In this document: positions 9,535-22,910 of the stretch, piece after piece
Position numbering within the stretch: position 1 is the first letter of the stretch
Layout: the number at the start of each line of letters is the position of its first letter
NCBI GenBank assembly: GCA_902634185.1
Contig: CACPJC010000004.1
Location: forward strand, 53,554 to 117,553
DNA from: an uncultured Candidatus Actinomarina sp.
Lineage (GTDB): Bacteria > Actinomycetota > Acidimicrobiia > Actinomarinales > Actinomarinaceae
DNA: 64,000 nucleotides
Reading direction: 5' to 3'
Program-made: the position numbers and the translations under genes
The notes under the pieces: model-generated
The model's input: only the letters and a program-made list of their open reading frames with translations
Told to the model about the DNA's origin: nothing
The model's database searches: none

Positions 9535-10726
9535 CATAGAAGTAATTATCGAAAAATTTAAAAGAGGTGAGATGGTCATTCTCGTTGACGATGAAGACAG
9601 AGAGAATGAGGGTGACTTAATTGTATCTTCACAGTACTTAACACCTGAACATATTAACTTTATGATAACTTATGCAAAGGGTCTTGTGTGCGCGCCAATC
9701 GCAAAAGATGTAGCAACAAAGTTAAAACTTTCATTAATGCAGGGTATTGATAATGAAGAAGATACACAATTTACAACTTCAGTCGATCTAATGGGAGATG
9801 GGGTTTCAACAGGAATTTCAGCAGATGATAGATTTAAAACAATAAAAGGTCTTAGTGATCCAAATGCTACTAGACAAGATTTTAAAGTTCCAGGTCACGT
9901 CTTCCCTTTGCAGGCAATGGATGGAGGAGTATTAAGACGTGCTGGTCATACTGAAGCAGCTGTAGACTTATGTTTACTCGCTGATCATTATCCGGTAGCT
10001 GTTATTTGTGAAATAATAAATGATGATGGTTCAATGGCACGCATTGACGATTTAGTAAATTTTTCGAAAAAACACGATGTAGCTATTGGAACTATTAAAG
10101 ACTTAATCGAGTACAAGTTGAAATTAACAAATCCTGTATCTTTTGTATCTAAAGCAAAAGTGCCAACTGAATTTGGTGAATTTACGGCTCATGTTTACAA
10201 AGACAATAATGATAATACTGAGCATATTGCACTGACATATGAAAATTACTTAGAAGGTGAGTCTTCAATGGTAAGAGTACATTCAGAGTGTTTAACAGGT
10301 GATGTATTTAGTTCAAATAAATGTGACTGTGGATACCAGTTGGATAGTGCATTAGAAACTATTGTAAATAATGGTTCCGGTGTTCTGCTCTACATGAGAG
10401 GACACGAAGGAAGGGGAATAGGTTTAGGAAATAAGATTAAAGCATACTCATTACAAGATGAAGGTGCAGATACGGTTGAAGCAAACATTCAACTTGGTTT
10501 TGAAATGGATCAAAGAGATTATGGAACTGGTGCCCTGATACTTAGAGATTTAGGAATTACGAATATGAATTTACTAACAAATAATCCAAGCAAAAGAGCA
10601 GGATTAGAAGGTTTTGGTTTAAATATTGTAAAAAGAACACCAATTAAGGGAAAGACAACACCAGAGAACACTTCATATCTTGAGACAAAAGAAAACAAGA
10701 TGGGTCATAATTTTAATGAAGAATAA
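9524..10726 (+). CDS. ribBA: bifunctional 3,4-dihydroxy-2-butanone-4-phosphate synthase / GTP cyclohydrolase II
   Basis: It has the DHBP synthase motifs (DDEDRENEGDLI, GHTEAAVDL) and the GCH-II motif (VRVHSECLTGDVF..KCDCG). Confidence 0.95.
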   Translation: MISDIEVIIEKFKRGEMVILVDDEDRENEGDLIVSSQYLTPEHINFMITYAKGLVCAPIAKDVATKLKLSLMQGIDNEEDTQFTTSVDLMGDGVSTGISADDRFKTIKGLSDPNATRQDFKVPGHVFPLQAMDGGVLRRAGHTEAAVDLCLLADHYPVAVICEIINDDGSMARIDDLVNFSKKHDVAIGTIKDLIEYKLKLTNPVSFVSKAKVPTEFGEFTAHVYKDNNDNTEHIALTYENYLEGESSMVRVHSECLTGDVFSSNKCDCGYQLDSALETIVNNGSGVLLYMRGHEGRGIGLGNKIKAYSLQDEGADTVEANIQLGFEMDQRDYGTGALILRDLGITNMNLLTNNPSKRAGLEGFGLNIVKRTPIKGKTTPENTSYLETKENKMGHNFNEE

Positions 10727-11114
10727 AGTAGCAATTGTTTATTCAGATTATTACAAAGATGTCACTAGTGGTTTATTAGATGGATTCAATAATTCAATTG
10801 ATACAACTTTTGAATGTGATGAGTTTAAGGTAAGTGGTAGCTGGGAAATTATATACAAAATTAATTCACTTATAAACGAATACGATAAGTTTGTGGCTAT
10901 TGGAGTCATTGTTAAAGGTGAGACAGATCATTATGAGTTTTTATCTTCAAGTATTGCTAATCAATTATTGAATTTAACAACAACAAAAAATGTATATATT
11001 TCAAACTGTGTCTTAAATGTACTTAATATTGACCAAGCAACTGAAAGAGCTGGGTCTGAAAATAACAAGGGTTCTGAATCTGCACAAGCTTTAAATAATC
11101 TTTTTATTACATAA
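10716..11114 (+). CDS. ribH: 6,7-dimethyl-8-ribityllumazine synthase
   Basis: The lumazine synthase core is present (VIVKGETDHYEF, ATERAG...NKGSE). I chose the ATG at 10716 (MKNKVAIVYS) rather than 10680, which would overlap ribBA by 47 nt. Confidence 0.8.
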   Translation: MKNKVAIVYSDYYKDVTSGLLDGFNNSIDTTFECDEFKVSGSWEIIYKINSLINEYDKFVAIGVIVKGETDHYEFLSSSIANQLLNLTTTKNVYISNCVLNVLNIDQATERAGSENNKGSESAQALNNLFIT

Positions 11115-11185
11115 TAAAATTTAAGTTATATAATTAATTCTAAGCGAACGATGTTCCACCTACTGTGAAAAATAGTATGGTAAGT

Positions 11186-11211
11186 AAAAACAGCTTCGTG
11201 CTGTTTTTTTT
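11186..11211 (+). terminator. intrinsic terminator-like hairpin after the rib genes, abutting the infC start codon
   Basis: The sequence is AAAAACAGC-ttcgt-GCTGTTTTTTTT. The T-run ends 1 nt before the infC ATG. Confidence 0.5.
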
Positions 11212-11742
11212 ATGAAAGGGAAACAAATAGCAGAATTAAATGTTAACGAAGAGATAAAATCCAAGAAGCTATTGGTAATTGCACCAGATGGCGTTCAAGT
11301 TGGAGAATTGGAACTTAAAAAAGCTCTTATATTAGCTGAAGAACTTGAACTTGATCTTGTTGAAGTCTCTCCGGAAAGTAAGCCGCCTGTTGCTAGATTA
11401 ATGGATTATGGAAAATATAAATACGAACTTAATCAAAAAGCAAGAGAGTCAAGGAAAAAACAAGTAAAAATTAATGTAAAGGAAATACAACTGAAACCAA
11501 AGATTGATACACACGATTACAAAATTAAATTAAATCAATCAAAAAAGTTTTTAGAAGATGGAGATAAAGTGAAATTTACTATGAGATTTAGAGGTAGAGA
11601 AGCAGAATATCCTGAATTAGGACAAAAAATCCTAGACAATTTTAGAGATGAACTTGTTGATTTAGCAATGGTTGAATCTACTTCTAGACCAGATGGTAGA
11701 TCATTAACAATGGTACTAGCACCTAACGGAGGTAAAAAATGA
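11212..11742 (+). CDS. infC: translation initiation factor IF-3
   Basis: ...NEEIKSKKLLVIAPDGVQVGEL...VEVSPESKPPVARLMDYGKYKYE... is the canonical IF3 sequence. It is followed by rpmI and rplT. Confidence 0.95.
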   Translation: MKGKQIAELNVNEEIKSKKLLVIAPDGVQVGELELKKALILAEELELDLVEVSPESKPPVARLMDYGKYKYELNQKARESRKKQVKINVKEIQLKPKIDTHDYKIKLNQSKKFLEDGDKVKFTMRFRGREAEYPELGQKILDNFRDELVDLAMVESTSRPDGRSLTMVLAPNGGKK

Positions 11743-11927
11743 AACATAAAACTCATAAAGGAATGAAAAAAAGAATAAGAGTTAGTGGTACTGGAAAATT
11801 TATGCGAAGGCGTGCTCATAGATCACATTATAAACTGGCTAAAGGTAGCAACTCTTGGTCAAGACTAAAAAGAGATGTTGAATCATCTAAGGGTGATTCA
11901 AAAAAAATAAGAAAGTTGTTGAGTTAA
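11739..11927 (+). CDS. rpmI: 50S ribosomal protein L35
   Basis: It contains MKHKTHKGMKKRIRVSGTGKF. An ATGA overlap links it to infC. Confidence 0.95.
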   Translation: MKHKTHKGMKKRIRVSGTGKFMRRRAHRSHYKLAKGSNSWSRLKRDVESSKGDSKKIRKLLS

Positions 11928-12287
11928 ATGGTAAGAGTAAGAAGATCAGTCAGTAGTAGAAAATCAAGAAAAAAGATTCTCAAACAAGCTAAAGGTTATA
12001 CAGGAGCTAGAAGCAAACGTTTAAGGACCGCTAAAGAACAAGTGATGCATGCAGGTAATGACGCCTTTGCTCATCGTAAAGACAAAAAATCAACATATCG
12101 AAAAATATGGATATCAAGAATTAATGCAGCATCAAGACAACATGGTTTGTCATATTCAAAATTTATTAACGGTCTAACAAACGCTCAAGTCAAAGTTGAT
12201 AGAAAAATATTGGCTGATTTAGCTATCAATGATCCTGATGGATTTAAAAAACTTGTAGATTTAGCTAAAAAAAATATAAATGCCTGA
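11928..12287 (+). CDS. rplT: 50S ribosomal protein L20
   Basis: The L20 N-terminus MVRVRRSVSSRKSRKKILKQAKGY is present. Confidence 0.95.
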   Translation: MVRVRRSVSSRKSRKKILKQAKGYTGARSKRLRTAKEQVMHAGNDAFAHRKDKKSTYRKIWISRINAASRQHGLSYSKFINGLTNAQVKVDRKILADLAINDPDGFKKLVDLAKKNINA

Positions 12288-13272
12288 GGTTAATACCGAT
12301 AAGATATTTGCCGCTTTTTTACTGAGACTTGAAGAAGTTGCTCAAATCGATGATTTCGATGACATTGAGAAAGAATTTCTTGGTAAAAATTCCTTATTGT
12401 CAGAAGAAAGAAAATCATTATCTTCATTAAATGAAGTATCTAGAAAAAAGTATGGAAAATTGCTTCAAGATCTTTCAAATAATATCACCTCAAAATTAGA
12501 AGAGGAGAAAACTACTTTCAAATCTAAATTTTTTATTCAAAAAGAACTAAATGATAATAAAGACATTTCCATAGATTGGTATAAAAACTTAGGTAGCAAA
12601 AATCATATTTTAACAAATGTGATGAATGAAGTAGTTGATATCTTTGCAGCTATTGGTTATACGGTTGCAACTGGACCTGAAGCAGAAACGTCCTGGCATA
12701 ATTTTGATGCATTAAATACACCAGACTGGCATCCTGCAAGATATGAATCAGACACATTATATTTAGACAACAAACTTGAAACATTACTGAGGACTCAAAC
12801 TAGTACTGTTCAAGTAAGGCATATGCAAAACAATAAACCGCCTGTTTATATTGTTGCTCCAGGAAGAGTTTACAGATCAGACCAACTTGATGCTACTCAC
12901 TCACCAGTATTTCATCAAATTGAAGGTTTAGCAGTAGATGAAAACTTAACGTTTTCTGATTTAAAAGGAACATTGGAATATTTTGTTCAAGAATTTTTTG
13001 GAAAAGACTTAAAGACAAAGTTTATTCCACATTTTTTTCCATTCACTGAACCATCAGCTGAGGTTTTAGTTAGTTGGAAAGATGGAGAATGGCTTGAAAT
13101 ACTTGGATGTGGAATGGTAGATCCTAACGTTTTCAAGCATGTTGGATATGACACAGATTCACAAGGATTCGCGTTTGGTGTAGGCGTTGAGAGATTAGCA
13201 ATGATTAGATATGGGATCGATCATATAAAAAACTTTTATGAGAATGACCTAAGGTTTTTAAGGCAGTTTTAA
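12280..13272 (+). CDS. pheS: phenylalanyl-tRNA synthetase alpha subunit
   Basis: The class II motifs are present (HPARYESDTLY, FHQIEG, GFAFGVGVERLAM). Confidence 0.95.
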   Translation: MPEVNTDKIFAAFLLRLEEVAQIDDFDDIEKEFLGKNSLLSEERKSLSSLNEVSRKKYGKLLQDLSNNITSKLEEEKTTFKSKFFIQKELNDNKDISIDWYKNLGSKNHILTNVMNEVVDIFAAIGYTVATGPEAETSWHNFDALNTPDWHPARYESDTLYLDNKLETLLRTQTSTVQVRHMQNNKPPVYIVAPGRVYRSDQLDATHSPVFHQIEGLAVDENLTFSDLKGTLEYFVQEFFGKDLKTKFIPHFFPFTEPSAEVLVSWKDGEWLEILGCGMVDPNVFKHVGYDTDSQGFAFGVGVERLAMIRYGIDHIKNFYENDLRFLRQF

Positions 13273-15638
13273 TGAAGATATTGAAATCTTGGCTTAACGA
13301 TTGGATAGATATTGAAAATATATCTAATTCTGACATTTCTGAGGCTTTAGAAAGTTTAGGTTTCGAAATAGATAACAAAAAGGAACTAAACCCTAATTAT
13401 GAAAACATCGTTGTAGGTAAAGTACTTGAAGTATATGAACATCCTAATGCTGACAAAGTTCGTATTACTAAAACTGATGTTGGTAATAATATTTATGAAA
13501 TTGTTTGTGGAGCTTGGAATTTTGACGTAGGAGCAGTCGTTCCCGTTGCTTTACCAAATTCAAAAATAAAAGATAATTTTAAAATTGACAAACGTGACAT
13601 TAGAGGAATTCAATCAAATGGGATGATTTGTTCAGCTTCAGAACTTGATCTTTGGGATGATCACGATGGAATACTTCTATTGGATGACAAGCTACTACCA
13701 GGAACTGATTTCTCCACAATCTATTCAAGCAATGATTTCATATGGGAAGTTGGTGTTACACCAAATAGAGGAGACTGTATGTCTTATTTGGGTATTGCAA
13801 GGGAACTTTCGGGATATTTCAATAAAAAACTAAAGACTAAAAAATCAAATCTGAAACCAACGATTTCAAATATTTTGAATGCTGACAGTGGAAAAATTAA
13901 AGAATGTAACTCTTATGGTTCAGTTGAAATAGAAAACTTTAATGTGACTTACTCTTCTTTTGAAATGAGATACAGGCTCACACAGGTTGGAACAAGGATT
14001 ATTAATAATGTGGTCGACATAACCAATTACATTTTATATGACATCGGTCAACCATTACATGCTTTTGATAGAGATAAATTATTTGGAACAATATCTGTAA
14101 GAAAAGCTAAAAACAATGAGAAAATTACGACACTTGACTCTCAAGTGAGAAAATTAGATTTAAATGATCTTGTTATTACTGATAATGATAAGCCAATTGC
14201 TTTAGCCGGAGTAATGGGGGGATTAGAAACTGAAGTATCAGAGACAACCACAAATCTTCTTATTGAAAGTGCTTATTTTGACAAAGTATCCATTATGAAA
14301 ACTTCAAGGAAATTGAACTTGATATCTGACGCATCCATACGGTTTGAAAGAGGTATTGATTATAAAATTCAAAGATATGGCTTAGAACGTTTTTTAATGG
14401 AATTAAAAGATAATCAAGCTATTAATTATTCAGAAATAAATGTTGATGATAAAGGTAACTTGAAAAATAAGAAGGTAATTCTTAAATATTCTGAAATTAA
14501 AAAACTTCTTGGTATTAATTTAAAAGAATCATTTATTAAGAAAGTTCTAAAATTTTTAATGATCGATTCTGAAGTTAACAAAGAGAGTGTGAAATTCACT
14601 CCACCCTCATGGCGATATGATCTAGATAGACCAGTGGACCTTATAGAAGAATTTGCAAAACACTATGGTTTTAATAATTTTGAATCAACTCTACCTCAAG
14701 GAGTTCACAAAAATAATAAAGGAAGTTATTGGGATCTTAAGAGCTACTTATCAAATGTTCTAACATCTAATAATTTTCAAGAAGTCCAAACTTTAAGTTT
14801 TGTAAATCAAGACAAAAATTTGTTATTTAATCCAGAAAAAAAATATGTTGAGGTATTTAATGCAATCGATCAATCAAGTAAATTTATGAGATCAAACCTA
14901 ATGTCTAGTTTGCTAGATGTTTACAAATTAAATTACGATCAAAATAATTTATCAAATAGCTATTTTGAAATAAATACTGTTTTTGATACTTCTAAAAATA
15001 AAATCTTCGAGGATGTACCTAATCAGAATATTGTTTTAGGGTTTCTGACATCTTCTAACTTATCAAATACGGATACTAGGTTAAAAGATCAAGAATTAGA
15101 TCTTTACTATGTAAAAAACATATTAAATCAATTACTAAGCTCATATGACCTAGAACCGATTACGAAACCTGGATTTCATCAAAATTATTCATTTTCAATT
15201 ATTAAAAATGGTCAAATTATCGGGCATTTTGGACAACTTGCATCAGAAACACAAATGACTCTTGAATTTAATAATGAAATATATTTGGGTGAAATTTATA
15301 TTAATAAACTGAATTTAAATAACCTTAAACTAATTAATTATGTGCCACTTTCACAATATCCATTTGTAAAATTTGATTTGTCTTTTTCTGTGCCAATTGA
15401 TTTATCTGCTCATCTTCTAGTTGATGAAATTAATGAATTACTTACAGAGAATGAAAATTCAATCGAAATTTTTGATGATTTTCAACAAGAGAATTCAAGA
15501 AATTTAGGAATTAGAATAATTACAAGAAGCTATGAGAAAACATACGACGATAATGAAACAAGAGAGATTCTAATGAATATATCACAAACTTTAGAGTCTA
15601 AATTTAATATAAAACTCAACTCAAGTAAAAATGACTGA
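13272..15638 (+). CDS. pheT: phenylalanyl-tRNA synthetase beta subunit
   Basis: The 788-aa protein has an N-terminal tRNA-binding domain (VVGKVLEVYEHPNADKVRI) plus B3/4 and B5 regions. It follows pheS. Confidence 0.95.
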   Translation: MKILKSWLNDWIDIENISNSDISEALESLGFEIDNKKELNPNYENIVVGKVLEVYEHPNADKVRITKTDVGNNIYEIVCGAWNFDVGAVVPVALPNSKIKDNFKIDKRDIRGIQSNGMICSASELDLWDDHDGILLLDDKLLPGTDFSTIYSSNDFIWEVGVTPNRGDCMSYLGIARELSGYFNKKLKTKKSNLKPTISNILNADSGKIKECNSYGSVEIENFNVTYSSFEMRYRLTQVGTRIINNVVDITNYILYDIGQPLHAFDRDKLFGTISVRKAKNNEKITTLDSQVRKLDLNDLVITDNDKPIALAGVMGGLETEVSETTTNLLIESAYFDKVSIMKTSRKLNLISDASIRFERGIDYKIQRYGLERFLMELKDNQAINYSEINVDDKGNLKNKKVILKYSEIKKLLGINLKESFIKKVLKFLMIDSEVNKESVKFTPPSWRYDLDRPVDLIEEFAKHYGFNNFESTLPQGVHKNNKGSYWDLKSYLSNVLTSNNFQEVQTLSFVNQDKNLLFNPEKKYVEVFNAIDQSSKFMRSNLMSSLLDVYKLNYDQNNLSNSYFEINTVFDTSKNKIFEDVPNQNIVLGFLTSSNLSNTDTRLKDQELDLYYVKNILNQLLSSYDLEPITKPGFHQNYSFSIIKNGQIIGHFGQLASETQMTLEFNNEIYLGEIYINKLNLNNLKLINYVPLSQYPFVKFDLSFSVPIDLSAHLLVDEINELLTENENSIEIFDDFQQENSRNLGIRIITRSYEKTYDDNETREILMNISQTLESKFNIKLNSSKND

Positions 15639-16206
15639 TAACTTAGGACTAAACAATAGAGTTTATCAAATTCTTTCACAAAACTCACAAAAAGCTGCTG
15701 TAGATATTTTAGGTATGAGAATATCAACAAAGTATAAAAATAAATTTACTGAAATTATGATTACCGAAACTGAAGCATTTGGAACTGCGAATGCTGACGA
15801 GATGTCATTAGCGAATCAGCTAAATAGAAAAATACCATTATCTCTTCCTCTTGGACCACCTCATGTAATGGTTCTTAAAACTTATGGTTCAAACAACAGT
15901 CTTTATTTTTTAACTTCGAAAGAAGGGTCATGCCAAGCTGTTCTTATTAGATCTGGAAAAGTAATTTTAGGTAAAAATTATGTAGAAACAAGAAGAAAAC
16001 AAAAAATGAAAAATGACAATATATACGGGCCAGGAAATATAACTAAAGCATTAGGTATTGATATTGAACAAGATGGAGAGAACCTATTAGATGGTTCAAT
16101 TGCTTTATCACCTAGAATACATCCTGTTGACAGGGCAATTGCAAAACAAAGAAAAAATTCTAAACCTCGTGATAAACACTTATGGAGATTTACACTGGTC
16201 TTATAA
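15631..16206 (+). CDS. mpg: DNA-3-methyladenine glycosylase (Mpg/AAG family)
   Basis: It has ITETEAF, AVLIRSG and GPGNITKALGI. The mpg-tyrS adjacency matches Mycobacterium. Confidence 0.75.
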   Translation: MTDNLGLNNRVYQILSQNSQKAAVDILGMRISTKYKNKFTEIMITETEAFGTANADEMSLANQLNRKIPLSLPLGPPHVMVLKTYGSNNSLYFLTSKEGSCQAVLIRSGKVILGKNYVETRRKQKMKNDNIYGPGNITKALGIDIEQDGENLLDGSIALSPRIHPVDRAIAKQRKNSKPRDKHLWRFTLVL

Positions 16207-17384
16207 TGGAATACCTAATTGAAAGATCTACAAATATAAATCCAAAAGATGATTTAGAAAAACTTTTGAAAAGTAAAAAAAATCTAAGAGTCAAATTAGG
16301 CGTTGACCCAACAGCACCAGATGTCACATTGGGCTGGTATGCAATTTTAAGAATGTTAAAAAAATTTCAAGATTATGGTCATACAGCTGTTCTAATACTA
16401 GGAGAGTTCACAGCACAAGTTGGAGATCCTTCAGGCAAGTCAGAAACAAGAAAAGTAATGGAAGAGAACGAGATTGACGATAACGCTAAAGGTGTGCTTC
16501 CAATAATTAAAAATATCTTAAATGACAATAATTTAGAAATTGTCTCTAATAAAGACTGGTTATCTAAACTTACAATTCAAGACATGATGGAATTAGCAGC
16601 AAAGACAACATTAGCCCAAATGATGGAACGTGATGATTTTTCTAAGAGATTTAGTGACAACAGCCCTATTTCATTATTAGAGTTTTTCTACCCTCTATAC
16701 CAAGGATACGATTCAGTTGCCGTAAAAGCAGATATTGAGATTGGTGGAAATGATCAATTGTGGAACTTAATGTTGGGACGAGAAATTCAAAAATCTTATG
16801 ACTTGTCACCACAAATTGCAATGACGTTTCCTCTGCTAGTTGGTACAGATGGTTCAAAAAAAATGTCACAATCCTTGAATAATTACATTTCCATATCTGA
16901 CAGCCCTGAAAACATCTTTGGAAAAATAATGAGCATTCCAGATGAAATTATGTGGGATTATTTCACCATGCTGACTGATTTAGAGATTTCAGAAATAGCC
17001 AATTTTAGAAAAAATGTAGATAAAGGTAAGACAAATCCTTTCGATTATAAAAAAATGCTAGGGAAACTCATTGTTTCAGAAATCTATGATGAAAATAGTG
17101 CTTTAGTTGCCGAAAGTACATTTGAAAATATAACAATTAATAAAAACTTGCCTGAGAATATACCAGAAACCAATATTGATGATGAAATAGATATACATTT
17201 ACCAAATTTTTTAACAGAAAATGAATTAACTAAATCTAATTCCGAAGCACGTCGATTAATTGAGTCTGGAAGTGTAAAAATTGACGATCAAAAGGTTGAA
17301 TTATTGGATATAAATTCATCAGATTTGATTGGTAAGACTTTACAAGTTGGAAAGCGAAAATTCCTTAAAATAAATAAGAAATAA
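16206..17384 (+). CDS. tyrS: tyrosyl-tRNA synthetase (type 2) with a non-canonical HIGH motif
   Basis: It has GVDPTAPDVTLGW (HIGH position), LILGEFTAQVGDPSGKSETR, KMSQS and a C-terminal S4 domain. The ATG at 16206 overlaps the mpg stop (TAATG). Confidence 0.85.
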   Translation: MEYLIERSTNINPKDDLEKLLKSKKNLRVKLGVDPTAPDVTLGWYAILRMLKKFQDYGHTAVLILGEFTAQVGDPSGKSETRKVMEENEIDDNAKGVLPIIKNILNDNNLEIVSNKDWLSKLTIQDMMELAAKTTLAQMMERDDFSKRFSDNSPISLLEFFYPLYQGYDSVAVKADIEIGGNDQLWNLMLGREIQKSYDLSPQIAMTFPLLVGTDGSKKMSQSLNNYISISDSPENIFGKIMSIPDEIMWDYFTMLTDLEISEIANFRKNVDKGKTNPFDYKKMLGKLIVSEIYDENSALVAESTFENITINKNLPENIPETNIDDEIDIHLPNFLTENELTKSNSEARRLIESGSVKIDDQKVELLDINSSDLIGKTLQVGKRKFLKINKK

Positions 17385-17429
17385 TATACTTTAAACCAAT
17401 TACTGTTATTCTTATAAGTACGAGATTTT

Positions 17430-17442
17430 GGCTTTTTGACAA
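17430..17442 (+). promoter_or_regulatory. BoxA-like antitermination element in the rrn leader
   Basis: GGCTTTTTGACAA matches E. coli rrn BoxA TGCTCTTTAACAA at 10 of 13 positions. A near-identical copy lies in the 16S-23S spacer. Confidence 0.55.
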
Positions 17443-17465
17443 CTGAGTAATGTATGAACGCCGGT
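17443..17465 (+). other. 5' strand of the 16S rRNA processing stem
   Basis: CTGAGTAATGTAT (17443-17455) is the exact reverse complement of 19177-19189. CCGGT (17461-17465) pairs with 19157-19161. Confidence 0.75.
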
Positions 17466-17466
17466 A

Positions 17467-17500
17467 GTGCAGAAATTAATTTTTCTAGCACTCTTTTTTT
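17467..17500 (+). terminator. terminator-like hairpin plus T-run, located inside the rrn leader
   Basis: GTGCAGAAA-ttaatt-TTTCT(a)GCAC is followed by TCTTTTTTT. It lies downstream of BoxA and of the 5' strand of the processing stem. Confidence 0.45.
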
Positions 17501-17593
17501 GTCAACTTTTTATTAAGTTGATTCAACTTTTTTAAGTTGAAATGGGTAAAACCCATGTTGATTCTTTGGTCAGATTTAAATTATTCAAAGATT

Positions 17594-19122
<1,529 letters not shown>

Positions 19123-19156
19123 AAGGAGCATAGAACATTTAGTTCTAAGGTTAATC

Positions 19157-19189
19157 ACCGGTTGTCTACAAGACTGATACATTACTCAG
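19157..19189 (+). other. 3' strand of the 16S rRNA processing stem (in the spacer)
   Basis: It is complementary to leader positions 17443-17465 (13 + 5 bp around an internal loop). Confidence 0.75.
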
Positions 19190-19206
19190 CTGTGAAAAAG
19201 TCATTC

Positions 19207-19219
19207 GGCTTTTTGAAAA
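19207..19219 (+). promoter_or_regulatory. second BoxA-like element, in the 16S-23S spacer
   Basis: GGCTTTTTGAAAA differs from the leader copy at one position. Confidence 0.5.
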
Positions 19220-19253
19220 TTGTATAGCAAGCGCAATTGCAAAGTATTCATAT

Positions 19254-22312
<3,059 letters not shown>

Positions 22313-22361
22313 GAAGACGGCGTATGAGCGCTTGCTATAGAATTTTTAAGAAGTTGAGTAT

Positions 22362-22478
<117 letters not shown>

Positions 22479-22490
22479 TTTATCGAAGAG

Positions 22491-22513
22491 CCCCTAGGTA
22501 ACTAGGGGTTTTT
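22491..22513 (+). terminator. rrn operon intrinsic terminator
   Basis: The sequence is CCCCTAG-gtaa-CTAGGGG followed by TTTTT. Confidence 0.8.
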
Positions 22514-22517
22514 CTTC

Positions 22518-22523
22518 TATAAT
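22518..22523 (+). promoter_or_regulatory. candidate -10 box (TATAAT) of a leaderless promoter for the GTG at 22530
   Basis: A perfect TATAAT ends 6 nt before the start codon, and there is no SD. Confidence 0.45.
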
Positions 22524-22529
22524 TACAAT

Positions 22530-22910
22530 GTGAAATTTAAAGAAATTATAAAACTTTCAATGATCCCTCTCATAATCTTTTTTATTGGACTTTTTATATT
22601 TGTCAATTTTTTTGATTACGCAAAAACATTCTACGACATAATCCCAGGTGAGATAGTTGGTGATGTTAATTTTTCAACATATCCAGGTGCAGTTTATATT
22701 TTTTTTATTTATTTATTGTTTCAATATGTTAGAACAAAGAATTTAAAATATATAGATATAACGATTATGTTTCTTTCTTGTTTTGTTTTTGCAAGAACTT
22801 TTTCAATAATTTTTAATGGTTTAAGTTATTCACTTTTTATTCCTATTGCACTCATTCCAGAATATATTGGTTTGCCATTATTAATTTATATAAGAAAAAG
22901 AGTTTTGTGA
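22530..22910 (+). CDS. small polytopic membrane protein (about 4 TM), paralogue 1
   Basis: The hydrophobic 126-aa protein has a GTG start. It shares the block FQYVRTKNLKYIDITIMFLSCFVFARTFSIIFNG with the next ORF. Confidence 0.6.
   Translation: MKFKEIIKLSMIPLIIFFIGLFIFVNFFDYAKTFYDIIPGEIVGDVNFSTYPGAVYIFFIYLLFQYVRTKNLKYIDITIMFLSCFVFARTFSIIFNGLSYSLFIPIALIPEYIGLPLLIYIRKRVL

Noticed and set aside
17467-17500. The hairpin interpreted simply as the tyrS terminator that separates tyrS from the rrn operon
   Set aside because: BoxA and the 5' strand of the 16S processing stem lie upstream of it. It is therefore within the pre-rRNA, and the simple reading cannot be the whole story (see the findings).
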